This document shows, one piece after another, positions 50,890 through 64,000 of a stretch of 64,000 nt of DNA. Origin of the DNA: the human T2T-CHM13v2.0 reference genome, Homo sapiens; NCBI RefSeq assembly GCF_009914755.1, contig NC_060940.1. The stretch is one strand, 5' to 3'. Under the pieces are notes generated by a model that saw only the letters and a program-made list of their open reading frames with translations, had not been told where the DNA came from and searched no databases. A program made the position numbers and the translations under genes. Position 1 is the stretch's first letter. Each line of letters begins with the position of its first letter.

Positions 50890-51142
50890 TTTGCACCTGG
50901 CCAAGTGGCCTCGGGCAGGTAGCCTCCCCTCGGGTTGCCTCAGTTTCTTCTTTGGCACGCAGAGGCGGGGCTCCAGGCCTGGGCCGCTCCATGGCGGGGA
51001 GGGCGCGGGGACGCTGCGCTCGGGGTGCGCTCCGAGAGGCGGACCCGGCTGGGCGCGCCTGGGGCGGGGCGAGGCGGGGCGAGGCTGGGCGGTGCGGGGG
51101 GCGGCCCCCGAGGATCACGTGGCGCGGCGCCGCGGCCGAAGC

Positions 51143-51276
51143 AGAAGTAGCGAGCGCCGGCGGCGGAGGGCGTGAGCGGCGCTGAGTGACCCGAGTCGGG
51201 ACGCGGGCTGCGCGCGCGGGACCCCGGAGCCCAAACCCGGGGCAGGCGGGCAGCTGTGCCCGGGCGGCACGGCCAG
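51143..51276 (+). other. PLCG2: PLCG2 non-coding exon 1 (main TSS approximate)
   Basis: Very GC/CpG-rich, ATG-free segment just downstream of GC boxes, ending in the donor CAG|GTGAGC at 51276/51277. It matches my recollection of the PLCG2 mRNA leader (AGAAGTAGCGAGCGCC...GGCACGGCCAG|CTTCCTGATT). Confidence 0.85.
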
Positions 51277-52772
51277 GTGAGCTGCCCGGCCGGGAGCGAG
51301 GCAGGCAGGGCGCCCAGGGACCTGCGCCCCGCGGGGACCGGCTCCCAGGGCGCTGCGTCCGAGGGGGTCTGCGTCCTGGCTCAGCCGGAGCGGGCAGGGA
51401 CGGGGCGCACCCTCGGGGACCCCGGCCCGCCGTGCCCGGGGTCCGTTTGGTGACGGCAGGGATCCTGGCCCAGCCGCTGGCCACTTCCTCACCCCGGGCC
51501 GGCGCCACCTCTCCGGTCCGTGCGGTGGGGCGGCCCCAGCTTTGAATGGGGACCGGGAGGAAGGTCAGGGGTCGTGTGGGGGCTGGCGTTCAAAACTCCT
51601 CTTTTCGAGCGGCTCTGCGTGGGGTGGCGCCGTCTCTCCTGACCGCCCTTGTGCCCAGAGCTCGCGGACGCTCGGAGCCACACTTCCCTGTCTCACTTCG
51701 GTGGTTGCGGGTGGCGGGTGGGAGCGATACCGCGGGAGGCGCAGTCCTTCCCGGAGACTTTTGGAGAGCTTGCAGGACACTCGCGATGCCCGCTCCGCAA
51801 CTGTCTGCGTAATTATGCGTGTGTCTGTGCGTGTTGTGTTTTGTTGTGTTTTGGAATCCCAAAGAGGGCATTACCCGCACAGCGCAAGAGTTCAGGTTAA
51901 AGACGTGCCCCGTTTGGACGGGGAGCTCCTGGATTCCAGCAGGACGGTGGGGCGGGGCTCTCTTGGTACCCTAATCTTGAACTAGGGTGAGAAACTATGG
52001 GGGGCGGGGTGGTAAAGGGGTGACATGGCGCGAGGGAAACAGGTGGCCTTGCCCGTCGGAACTTAATTTGAATTTCAGTTCCATCAGTGGGACCCTGGGC
52101 AAGTTGAAGAACCTTTTTGAGTCTGTTTCCCCCTCTGGATACTGGAGCCACCCAATTTTCCAGGGCTGTGTCGAGAATTGGGGCTTATTGCTGTTCCACG
52201 AGGTTCGCTGAGAATCGGGGCGCATCCATGGAGAGTCCTTGGGCAGTTCCTGACTCTCTGGTTCAAGGGCATTCTCTGGGGCATGGGCCCTCGTCCTTGG
52301 CTACAGTTCTGCGGGGAAGTTTTACAGAATTTTGAAGTCTATGCCAGCCTCAAGCAGTTTCTCTTGCAAAGGTGTGTGTGCAGTCACGTGTATACCAGCT
52401 CAGGGACAATCGTCATTGTGAGCCTCACTGATGTTTAAGTCACCTAATGATGCAGCTGCCTTCCCCCACCAGCGACTGGAGTATGGGCAGTTCCTCTGGA
52501 AGAGGAAAAGCACAGACCCCATGAATAGCCCTTTTGCACTCATTGGGTAGAGTCAATGAAAAGCTGCTGGTGAGAAAACTTTTGAAAACACTTCTTGGTC
52601 AGGCACGGTGGCTCACACCTGTAATCCCAGCACTTTGGGAGGCCGAGCTGGGCTGATCACTTGAGGTCAAGCTTTCCAGACCAGCCTCACCAACATGGTG
52701 AAACCCCATCTCTACTAAAACTACAAAAATTACCTGGGCGTGGTGGTGGCCGCCTGTAATCCCAGCTACTCA

Positions 52773-52922
<150 letters not shown>

Positions 52923-53391
52923 TTAGAAAACAGCAAGAACACAAAGAGAAAAATTTGCCCGTTACATCATCAGTTAATATAAATAAAGTCAAGTTGTATC
53001 CTCTACCCTCTCCCAGCCTCCGATAAATAGTAACCACTCTCCTGGATTTACCAGAAGATCACCTTTATAAAAAGGGAATTGTATTATACTCATACAGTTG
53101 CAACTATTGTCTGAAGCTATTTTTTTATTGACCTCACAAATCTTTCCAGATCAAATTGCTTATCTATCATCCTCATTCTTTCTGATGGCTACTGAGCGTT
53201 CTTCAGTGCATGTGCACCATTATTTATCCAGGAGGCCCCCCACATTGATGAGCAGTTGTTTTCTGTTTTTTTTTTCTTTTTTTGTATTTCTATTGCAACT
53301 ATTGCTTCCATGATTTTCTGTCGTACATATTGCATCTTTGTGCATGTCTTTCTTTACATGTACAATTGCAGGATCGAAGCATATGCGTGTT

Positions 53392-54813
<1,422 letters not shown>

Positions 54814-55140
54814 TTGGTGAGAGGCAGCATGGAAGTCTGGTGTTTATGGCTGAGTTGATCCACTGGGCTTCGAAGCTGGAAGTAACTGGGACCCTGGGGA
54901 AGGTTAAGTCCAAGGCCCTCCCAGAGTGAGGGCTGGAAAGAACTGAGGAGCCTGGTCCCTTGTCCTGGTTTCTGTTTAATTGAAGGTGTTATAATGGGGC
55001 TTGTGTTTCCTACTTATGTTCCAGTGGACAATGGCCTAGAGACCTGGGAGTGGGGAACTCCAGGATGCATGGCTGGGAACAGTCAACATAGTGAAGAGCT
55101 CTGTGGTTGGCAGCTGGGTCAAATCCAGTTTCAGCTACTT

Positions 55141-55262
55141 TTTTAAAATTTTATTATTATATTATTATTATGCTTTAAGTTTTAGGGTACATGTGCACAA
55201 CGTGCAGGTTTGTTACATATATATACACGTGCCATGTTGGTGTGCTGCACCCATTAACTCGT
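55141..55262 (-). mobile_element. Severely 5'-truncated L1PA 3' end inserted in a MIR
   Basis: TTTAAGTTTTAGGGTACATGTGCACAACGTGCAGGTTTGTTACATA..GCTGCACCCATTAACTCG, with TSD-like flanks TTTCAGCTACTT and TTTCGCTACTT. Confidence 0.85.
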
Positions 55263-57786
55263 TTCGCTACTTTCTATCTGTGTGACCTCGGATAAGTCCC
55301 TTAACCTCTTTTGAGAGGGGCAAGTACTGGCAAATCAGTTAATATCTGGCCAGATGCTGCCACAGGATTCTGGACTAGGGGCTTGGGACTCAGGTGAGGG
55401 TTTTGATCTTTGTGCTGCTGCTGGTCTACATGACTTTGATCAAGTAATGTGACCTCTTGGGATTTCAGTTTTCCGCTGCCGCATTTCCCATTGAGATAAA
55501 TGAGACGAACCAGACACAACAGGTGCTTGGCACCTGGGGAAGGGCCCAATAAATGGCTGCTTAACAAGGATGAAATGGGCCATGGGGGCACCTTGTTCAT
55601 CCCTTTGTCCTGGCTAATGATCAGGAGGTCATTTTGGGTTTCTCCTGATAAGGTAAGATGCACATTAACTCTCAGCAGGGTTTTTTTTTAGCATACTCTG
55701 TTCTGCCTCCTAGCCTTTGCTTAAACTTAAAGCCAGTTCCTCCTGCTTCATCTTTTTTGAAAGATTGAGTTCAGATGCCTGCTTTTTTCCCCTGAAAGCT
55801 TTTTCTGAGCCCTTTAAGTGCCTAGCCACACTCCAGATTAAATTTAGGGTTCCTTCTTGCTGCTCTCTGCCCGCCGTGCCCCCAGTGCATGCTTCTGCTG
55901 CTGCACTTGTAACTACATTAGAATTCTCAGTTGATTAGTCTGTTTCCCCATGGGTAGAGAGCAGGTGTAATTATCTCCTGCTGCTGGCATGGCTGACCGA
56001 GGAGGTCCCTTTGGTATGGGTGTGCAGTAGAGGGAGGTGGGGGCAAAGGGCAAATCCTGGGCCCCTCCCCATTCCCCTCATTTGCATCCTAGTCCCCACC
56101 TCAGTGCCTGGCATAGAGTTGACATTTGATTAATGCCTTCCTCAATGGCCGATTAATGCTAACTGAGACCCTGGTAAATGCTGCAGGCTGTGCATACATT
56201 GTAGCTTTTTGTCTTCCCAGCTGCCCCTTGTGGGCATTTAACCTCCATTTTACAGATGAGGGAACCGAGCCACAGATTTAGAGCAGCTTGGCAGAAGGCT
56301 GAGCCCGGCTGGAAGCACAGACAGCCCTGGCTGAACACCAGCCTCTCACTCCTCCTTGTTTGGATCCTGGGAGGGTCTCTCTAGTGCTACTCTGTAACCT
56401 TGAGAGCTACAGAGTAACAACTCCAGGCACCTCCAGGGACTTGGAGGGAAAGGAGGAGATAAGAAACAGAACAAATAATGGTAATTTTAACAATAGCTTA
56501 ATCTAAGGAGTGCTGACTTTGTATCATTGTTTTAAGGGCCTGAGATACATTATCTTGTTTAAGCCTTACAAAAACATTTAGATGGTGGATACTGTTACCT
56601 TCTTTTATGGGACTGGAAATGAGCCCAGAGGATCTAAGTGACTTCTTGCAGCCTAGCTGGCAAGGGGGTCCCTGGTGGTTCACCTCCAGGGCCTGGGGAG
56701 CCCCTTCACTCTAAGTCCTATTTTGGGGGCAGGCAATGTGTTTCTGGGGATTTGGGAGGCAGAATAAGGGGATGGTACAGAGTGAGGGCTCAGGGAGGGA
56801 CTAAGGGATTTTGAGCAGAGGAGTGACATGATTTGATTCATGTTCTAAAAGGATCCTTCTGGCTATGCATCTGAGAATTGACCCTAGCAGGTCAGGGAAG
56901 AAGTGGGGAGAGCAGGATTAGAATAGTTCAAGTATGAGATCCTAGGAGGAGCCGGTGAAAGGGTGAGATGCGTTGGAAGTGGTCGTGAGAGAGTCCACGC
57001 AAGGATTCCTCCAAGGTTTTGGGCCCAAGCACCTCTCTGACACTGACCACCCACAAGCATAAACAGCAATCCAGGACACCTGCTAGGTGCTGGCCGTCAC
57101 CCAAGGTGCTTTGCTGGGGCATTTCTGAACACTCCCATTTTAAAAAGGCTAAAACTGAGGCACAGAGAGGTCAAGCAGTCTACCCAGAGCCACACAGTCA
57201 GCAGGAACCTTCTCTAGGGTTTGAACGTGAAGCTGCCAAGACCTGACATTTCCTGCCTTTCATCCTCATTTCTATGCAGAGGAACCATTTGCCAAAGTCT
57301 CCCTGGATGATTCTGAAGGTTTAGTTTGTTTTTCGTTTATTTCATTTTTTTTTTTTGTTCTTAATTTTGCTCAGGAATAAAGAGATGGTTAGAAATCTCT
57401 AGACAGGATAGAGAAGGATGTTGGAGATTAGGGGTGAGAGGTGGGAGCCAGGCTGGGCTGCTTTGGCTATTCAAATATTCTTTAGGATAAGAGTGGGTGG
57501 GGAGAGAGGGGACTCACTGCCAGGTCAGGGTGATTTGGTTATTCAAAGCCCACGTAACGGTTGGGTCCTTGAGGTCAGGGGCTCTTCTCACACTTCAGTT
57601 TCCATTTAAACCTTTGTGTCCTGCCTTAGCTCTCTGAGTGGCCAGCGATGCCTTGCCACTAGAACCTTCTCCTAAAACTCATCCTGATTGACATGAGACA
57701 GGATTTTGGTTCCTGAAGTTCATGGCCTGTTAACTAAACCCCTTTCAGTACTAAAATCAGTTCACTCTTTAATTCTGCCCTTTCAG

Positions 57787-58184
<398 letters not shown>

Positions 58185-59039
58185 TGATGAGGTTTACACC
58201 AGGTGGAGGAAGTTCAGCTGGGAAAACTCTGGTGAAAGAACTGAAGCTGAGGTCAGCCAACATGGAAATGGCATTCAGGCAGCTCTCCTTGCCTGGTGGT
58301 TCTGTGCCCTGTCTGACAGCATCAGGGATCGTCTGGTTCCCACAACTGGTCGAGTCATCTTTCCTCTTAAGGGCGAATTAGCCCAAGCCTGCAGAAACTC
58401 ATAGCTTGGTCGCCAAATGCTACCTTGTTTTACTGCATACCATAGCAGTGAGGGGCCTTTGCTTTAGTCTCCAAGCAGGGAGAGTGAGTTGTTGAACGTT
58501 TTGTAGCTTTCAAATGCAGGTCTGGTCTTGGTAGAGGTGTCCCTCCTCCCCTACCTCCGTTAGATTGGGCAGCTGGTTCAGATCCTAAAGTTTCTAAGAC
58601 TGTTTTTAACAAATAGAGTAAAGGCACTTAAGCAATTTTCAGTTGCAAATATTTGCTCTAATTTGTGTTTTTAAATTAACTAGTTTTTAATTGAAATATA
58701 TATTCCTGGGGGTTAAGGAGTCAACTCAAATATTTCTCCTCCCTAAACCATCCTGCTGAGGCAAGCTCATTACCAGTTACTTTTATCTTCCAAAATAGTC
58801 TATGCTTGCATAATGTGTGGGTTTAAAAAGAAAACAATTGGGAACTCTTGTACACTTCTGCACCTTGACTTCTTTTTGTTAATTAATAATGATGTTGGCG
58901 GTGGTTTCTTATCAGCACACATTGATCTCATTCTTTCTTGGACACACGACATGTAATGGCGCAGGCCTCAATGTAACAGTTTAACTCCAGAGAAGGGCAT
59001 TTCATGCTATTTCCAGGCTTTTGTTATTATTCGAAGTGA

Positions 59040-59234
<195 letters not shown>

Positions 59235-59235
59235 T

Positions 59236-59266
<31 letters not shown>

Positions 59267-59404
59267 GTAGAGATGGGATCTCACTATGTCCAGGCTTGTC
59301 TCCAATTCCTGTGCTCAAGTGATCCTCCCTCCTTGGCCTCCCAAAGCATTGGGATTACAGGCATGAGCCACCTCACCCAGCCTTGCACTCTTTTTTTTTT
59401 TTTT

Positions 59405-60050
59405 TATAATAGATTGATTGAGACATAATTCACATAGTATACATAGAATTCACCCATTGTATGCAGCATGTATAGTGTGGTGGTTTTAGTATATTTATAT
59501 AAATGTGCAAGCACCACTCCAATCAAAAGTATAACCTTTATATCACCTCAAGATGAAACCCCATACCTTTCACCATCACCCCATCCCCTCATCCCCCCTA
59601 CCAGACGTAAGCAACCGTTAAATTTAATTCTGTTTCTATAAACCTCTCTATTCTGGACATTTCATAGAAATGGATCCTATGTATGTGGGCTTTTGTGACT
59701 GGCTTCTTTGACTCAGCATTTTTCAAGGTTCATCCACTTTGTTGCGTGGATCAGAAATTTTCCTTTTTGTGGCAGAATCATGATACGTTGTATGGGTATT
59801 CCACAGTTTATTCAGTCATCTGTTGACGGACCCTTGGGTTGTTGCCACCTTTTGGCTAATATAAATAGTGCTGCTAAGAATGTTTCTCTACAAGTTTTTG
59901 TGTGGATGTCTGTTTTTATTTCTTTTGGGTATATACCTAGGAGTGGAATTGCTGGGTCATACACTAACTCAGTTTCATCATTTTAGGAACTGTCAGACTG
60001 TTTTCTAAAGTGGCTGCACCATTTATATTCCTTCCAGTGGTAGAAAAGGG
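59405..60050 (-). mobile_element. L1MB-type 3' end, antisense
   Basis: TTGAGACATAATTCACATA, TTCTGGACATTTCATAGAAATGG, GGGTATATACCTAGGAGTGGAATTGCTGGGTCATA. Confidence 0.85.
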
Positions 60051-60109
60051 TGATCGTTGCATTATTCTTCATTTGTATATATGGGTATATCTGAAGGACA
60101 GCTTCCTGA

Positions 60110-60340
<231 letters not shown>

Positions 60341-60904
60341 TAGGCAGGATGGGGGTATGGCATATTTTAACTTTAAAGGGAAGTTTGGCAGCACCCCACA
60401 AAAGAGGTTGCCCCCACTGTCTGTTTCAGCCACAGGATGTAAAAGTACCTGTTGCCTGAACCCTCATCTATGCTGCGTGGCTGCTGAACTTGGCCATCCA
60501 CAGGTAGACTTTGGTAGCTTGGTGTCATCCTTAATTTGATGTATCCTATCATGAGTGTGATCAAACTGCTTTCTGAAAGGCTTTTCCTGGTTTTGGAGCC
60601 CAGTGGGTCTCTTGTGGCACAGAGCCAGAGCCCTGCTTTGGAACTGCCCATGTGGAGGTGGCCATCTTCCCTCTTGACTGTTTGCATTGGCCGGCTCCAC
60701 CCCCAGGTGGCCCAGAAACCTGTTGCAGCTGGGGTGGCCACCCTCCCTTCCCCCACAAGGGGTGAGAGGGTTGGCACTGATGGTAAATACAGATGGGCCA
60801 CGTTGAGACTGGACTGCAGGTTGTTCCTTTCTCTTCTCAACCTGCCCATCCCAAACCTAGCTGCCCATCAGAAACACCCAGGGGGGATCTTGTAAGTATA
60901 GGGT

Positions 60905-61010
60905 ATTAACCATGGCATGTGTATACACCTGTGTAACAAACCTGCATGCTCTTCACATGTATCCCGGAACTTAAAGTAAAATAAAATAAAATAAATATAT
61001 ACAAAAAAGA
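60905..61010 (+). mobile_element. Short older L1PA 3' terminus
   Basis: CCATGGCATGTGTATAC..GTAACAAACCTGCA..CACATGTATCCCGGAACTTAAAGTAAAATAAAA. Confidence 0.8.
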
Positions 61011-61330
61011 AATTACAGGGTATTAGAACCTTCTTCTGAAGCTCATTGTGATGGGCATGAGACAGGATTTTGGCTTGAAATCTATGCCCTGTCATTCTCC
61101 CCTTCTGCTGAGTAATACCATTTCACTCGCTTACGCGGATGCGCTCTCTCGCTCTCTGTTTTAGAGACAGGGTCTTGCTCTGTTGCCCAGGCTAGAGAGC
61201 AATGGCCTGATCATGGTTCACTATAGTTGTGAACTCCTGGGCTCAAGTGATCCTCCTGCCCAGTCTCCCAAGTAGCTGAGACTACAGGTGAGTGCCACCA
61301 TGCCTGGCTGATTTTTTAACTTTTGTGTAG

Positions 61331-61552
<222 letters not shown>

Positions 61553-62597
61553 TAATAAGTCCCCCGGATGGTCTGATAACTAGGCAGGTTTCACACATAT
61601 GCCACTGGAGAGACACTGCCCTTCCTCCACCTTCCCCCTCCTCTCCCTCCTCTTCTCCCTCCCACTTTCCCTTTCTTTCTCCTTCCCTTCCCACCTTTGC
61701 CCCCCCTCCATTGCCTCCCCTCTGTCATTTGGATGCCCACTGTAGGCGCCGCCCTAGGCGCTAGAGATACAGCAGTTATTAAATTGGATTCAAATCTCCG
61801 TGGAGCCTATATTGCTTTATTAGGTATGAGCAGTCTGGGGCTTGACTTCCAGTGCCCTTGGATGAGCTTTGCTGTGTGATCTTGGGCAAGTTACCTCCAC
61901 TCTCTGAACTTTAATTCCCTTATCTGTGGACTGGAAATAACATTGGTGTCTACCCTACAGGCTCATGGTTGGGAAGAAGCAAATGAGAAGATGCATTGGA
62001 GAGGCTCGGCTGAATTCATAGTGTGTGACAGGCACTCAGTTGTTGGGAACCACCACTTTCAGGATGTTTGCTGTTGTTGCTAACTAGTGGAGTCCAGCCT
62101 ATGTAGTCTTCCTTAGGGGTTTGGACTGGAGGGGAGTAGGGTCCATTCTCAGGTTTTCAGAAGAGGGATGACGTGATTGGATTTGCATCTTTGAGCATGC
62201 AGTGGAGGTCCTGTTTGCAATGATGGTGTTGGTAAAGTGACAGGGAAAGCCAATTATGTGTGAAGAGCTTAGAAATGGTGCTTCTCCCTCACACCTTGAG
62301 AGAGCAGGCCTTCAGGCCCTGGGTGGGGACTGTCAGTGTCACCGCTCAGTCTCCTGCTGAGAAGGGTGACGTTTTATCTCAAGAAGAACTCCCAGCTCTG
62401 GCAATTTCCTCACGGGGTTCTGGTTAGCAGGAACTTGCTGGTTACTGTGGGGTCTGCAGGGGCAGGTGCACATGAGAGGAGCACCGGCACCGGGTTTTGG
62501 AATAGTTGGCAAATGGTGTGTGACTTTTGGACAGGTGTTACAATCCCTGTGCAGACCTGGGTAAAATACCTAGGTCCTACTGTCTAAAGCAGCGTGT

Positions 62598-62825
62598 GGT
62601 TCTCAACCAGGGTGATTTTTGCCTCCCCCTCCCTACTCCAGGGTAGGGGGCATTTGGCAAAGTCTGGAGACGTGTTGATTTTCTCACCTGGGATACAGGG
62701 TGCTACTGGCATCTAGTGTGTAGAGGCCAGAGAGGCTGTTAAATGTTCTATAGTGCACAGGACAGTCCGCACCACAGAGAGTGATCCAGCAAACGTGTCA
62801 GTGGTGCAGGGGTTGAGAAACTGCT
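62598..62825. mobile_element. MER20 DNA transposon
   Basis: GGTTCTCAACCAGGGTGATTTT..TTTGGCAAAGTCTGGAGAC..TGCTACTGGCATCTAGTG..GGTTGAGAAACTGCT. Confidence 0.8.
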
Positions 62826-63377
62826 CTAGAGTCATGTGTTTGCTTTGCTCACAGCAATAAAATGTCACTGGGTAAAATAGGGTTTTGCTCTGAACCCTGT
62901 TTGGATGGAACTTTCTCATTTGTTCAGCACATGTTTGCCATCATATTGAGTGCTAAACTCTGCAGAGAGAGGGAGGAGGAGGATGGAGTCCCAGCTTGCA
63001 AGAGGGGGAGACAGACTCAAACTTGCCCTTGCAAGATTGTGTGCTTAGTACCATAGCAGGAGTTTTCACTGGATGTGGTGTGAGGAGGGAAGGTTTTTGT
63101 CCATTTGGATGTGGGGGAGGTGGTGAGGAATGGGGAGGGCTCATTGTGGAGGAGCTGCTTGGGTGGAGTTTAGAGAGATTTGCTAGATGGTTAGCAGGGA
63201 TGGCTGCCCTGATCCTGTGGGATTAATGGGTGTCATGTAATATAAACAAGCAGATTTGTGGGTCATAGATCTGGGCAGAGCTCAGCTGGGCAATTCTTCT
63301 ACTCTTTGTAGCCTGGACTGAGGTCATTTGGTGTCACCTCGCCTGGAAGGTTCCAGAATCTTCACTCACACATCTGA

Positions 63378-63720
<343 letters not shown>

Positions 63721-64000
63721 TAGCTGGGACTGTTGACCAAACATCTACCATGTGGTGGTCTCAGGCAGAAGAGTCCCAGGCAGAAGCTACAGGCTTCTTA
63801 CGACAGCCTCATAAATCCGAGGACATCACTTGCACCAACTCAGATCAGCAAGCCCAGCTCAGCTTCAAGGAAAGGAAATTTCTCTCTTAGAGAAGGAATG
63901 GCATGCATATCGATGGTAGGCAGGAACTGATGGTGGCCACCAGCAGCCAAGCTCCCATATGAGCATGTCGACTCTGAATCCCAATTTATGATGCAAATCC

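Larger units (their letters stand above)
50790..51960 (+). promoter_or_regulatory. PLCG2: PLCG2 CpG-island, TATA-less promoter
   Basis: Sharp rise in CpG density. Tandem GC boxes GGGGCGGGGC/GAGGCGGGGC at 51061-51080, E-box CACGTG at 51116-51121, NF-kB palindrome at 50880-50889, PU.1/ETS-type GAGGAAGTG (- strand) at 51482-51490. Confidence 0.93.

Noticed and set aside
50677-51985. Many overlapping Arg/Gly/Pro/Ala-rich ORFs
   Set aside because: Expected from stop-codon scarcity in a CpG island. Most use non-ATG starts and none resembles a known family.

Overview
Human (primate, Alu-dense) genomic DNA covering the 5' end of PLCG2 (phospholipase C gamma 2, chr16q, downstream of CMIP) on the + strand. 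It holds about 51 kb of upstream sequence, the TATA-less CpG-island promoter with non-coding exon 1 (~51143-51276), a 6.5-kb intron, and the first coding exon (57787-58026; ATG at 57834, 64 codons of the N-terminal PH domain). That exon is the only protein-coding sequence I can support. The other ORFs in the track derive from Alu, L1, L2, MLT1, microsatellite or GC-rich sequence. Most of the window is interspersed repeat: dozens of Alus, L1M/L1PA fragments, L2/MIR, MLT1 and ERV1 solo LTRs, and MER20/MER53. The most notable structures are: (1) three identical tandem 543-bp copies (35741-37380) made by Alu-Alu crossover in an 11-bp window inside an MLT1C LTR; (2) a ~370-bp non-Alu inverted duplication in intron 1 (53392-54813) with nested template-switch-like junctions; (3) a candidate far-upstream transcription unit (donor 9720, ATG-free 97-bp exon 26554-26650, possible early poly(A) exit near 39.3 kb) that could feed PLCG2 exon 2; (4) an orphan ZNF143/ETS promoter-like CpG patch at ~16.7 kb; (5) a 21-bp G4-prone minisatellite with a readable variant code; (6) a pristine AluYa5 and a perfect NF-kB palindrome in the promoter. 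Repeat subfamily names and statements about reference annotation come from recognition or memory and were not checked against a database.
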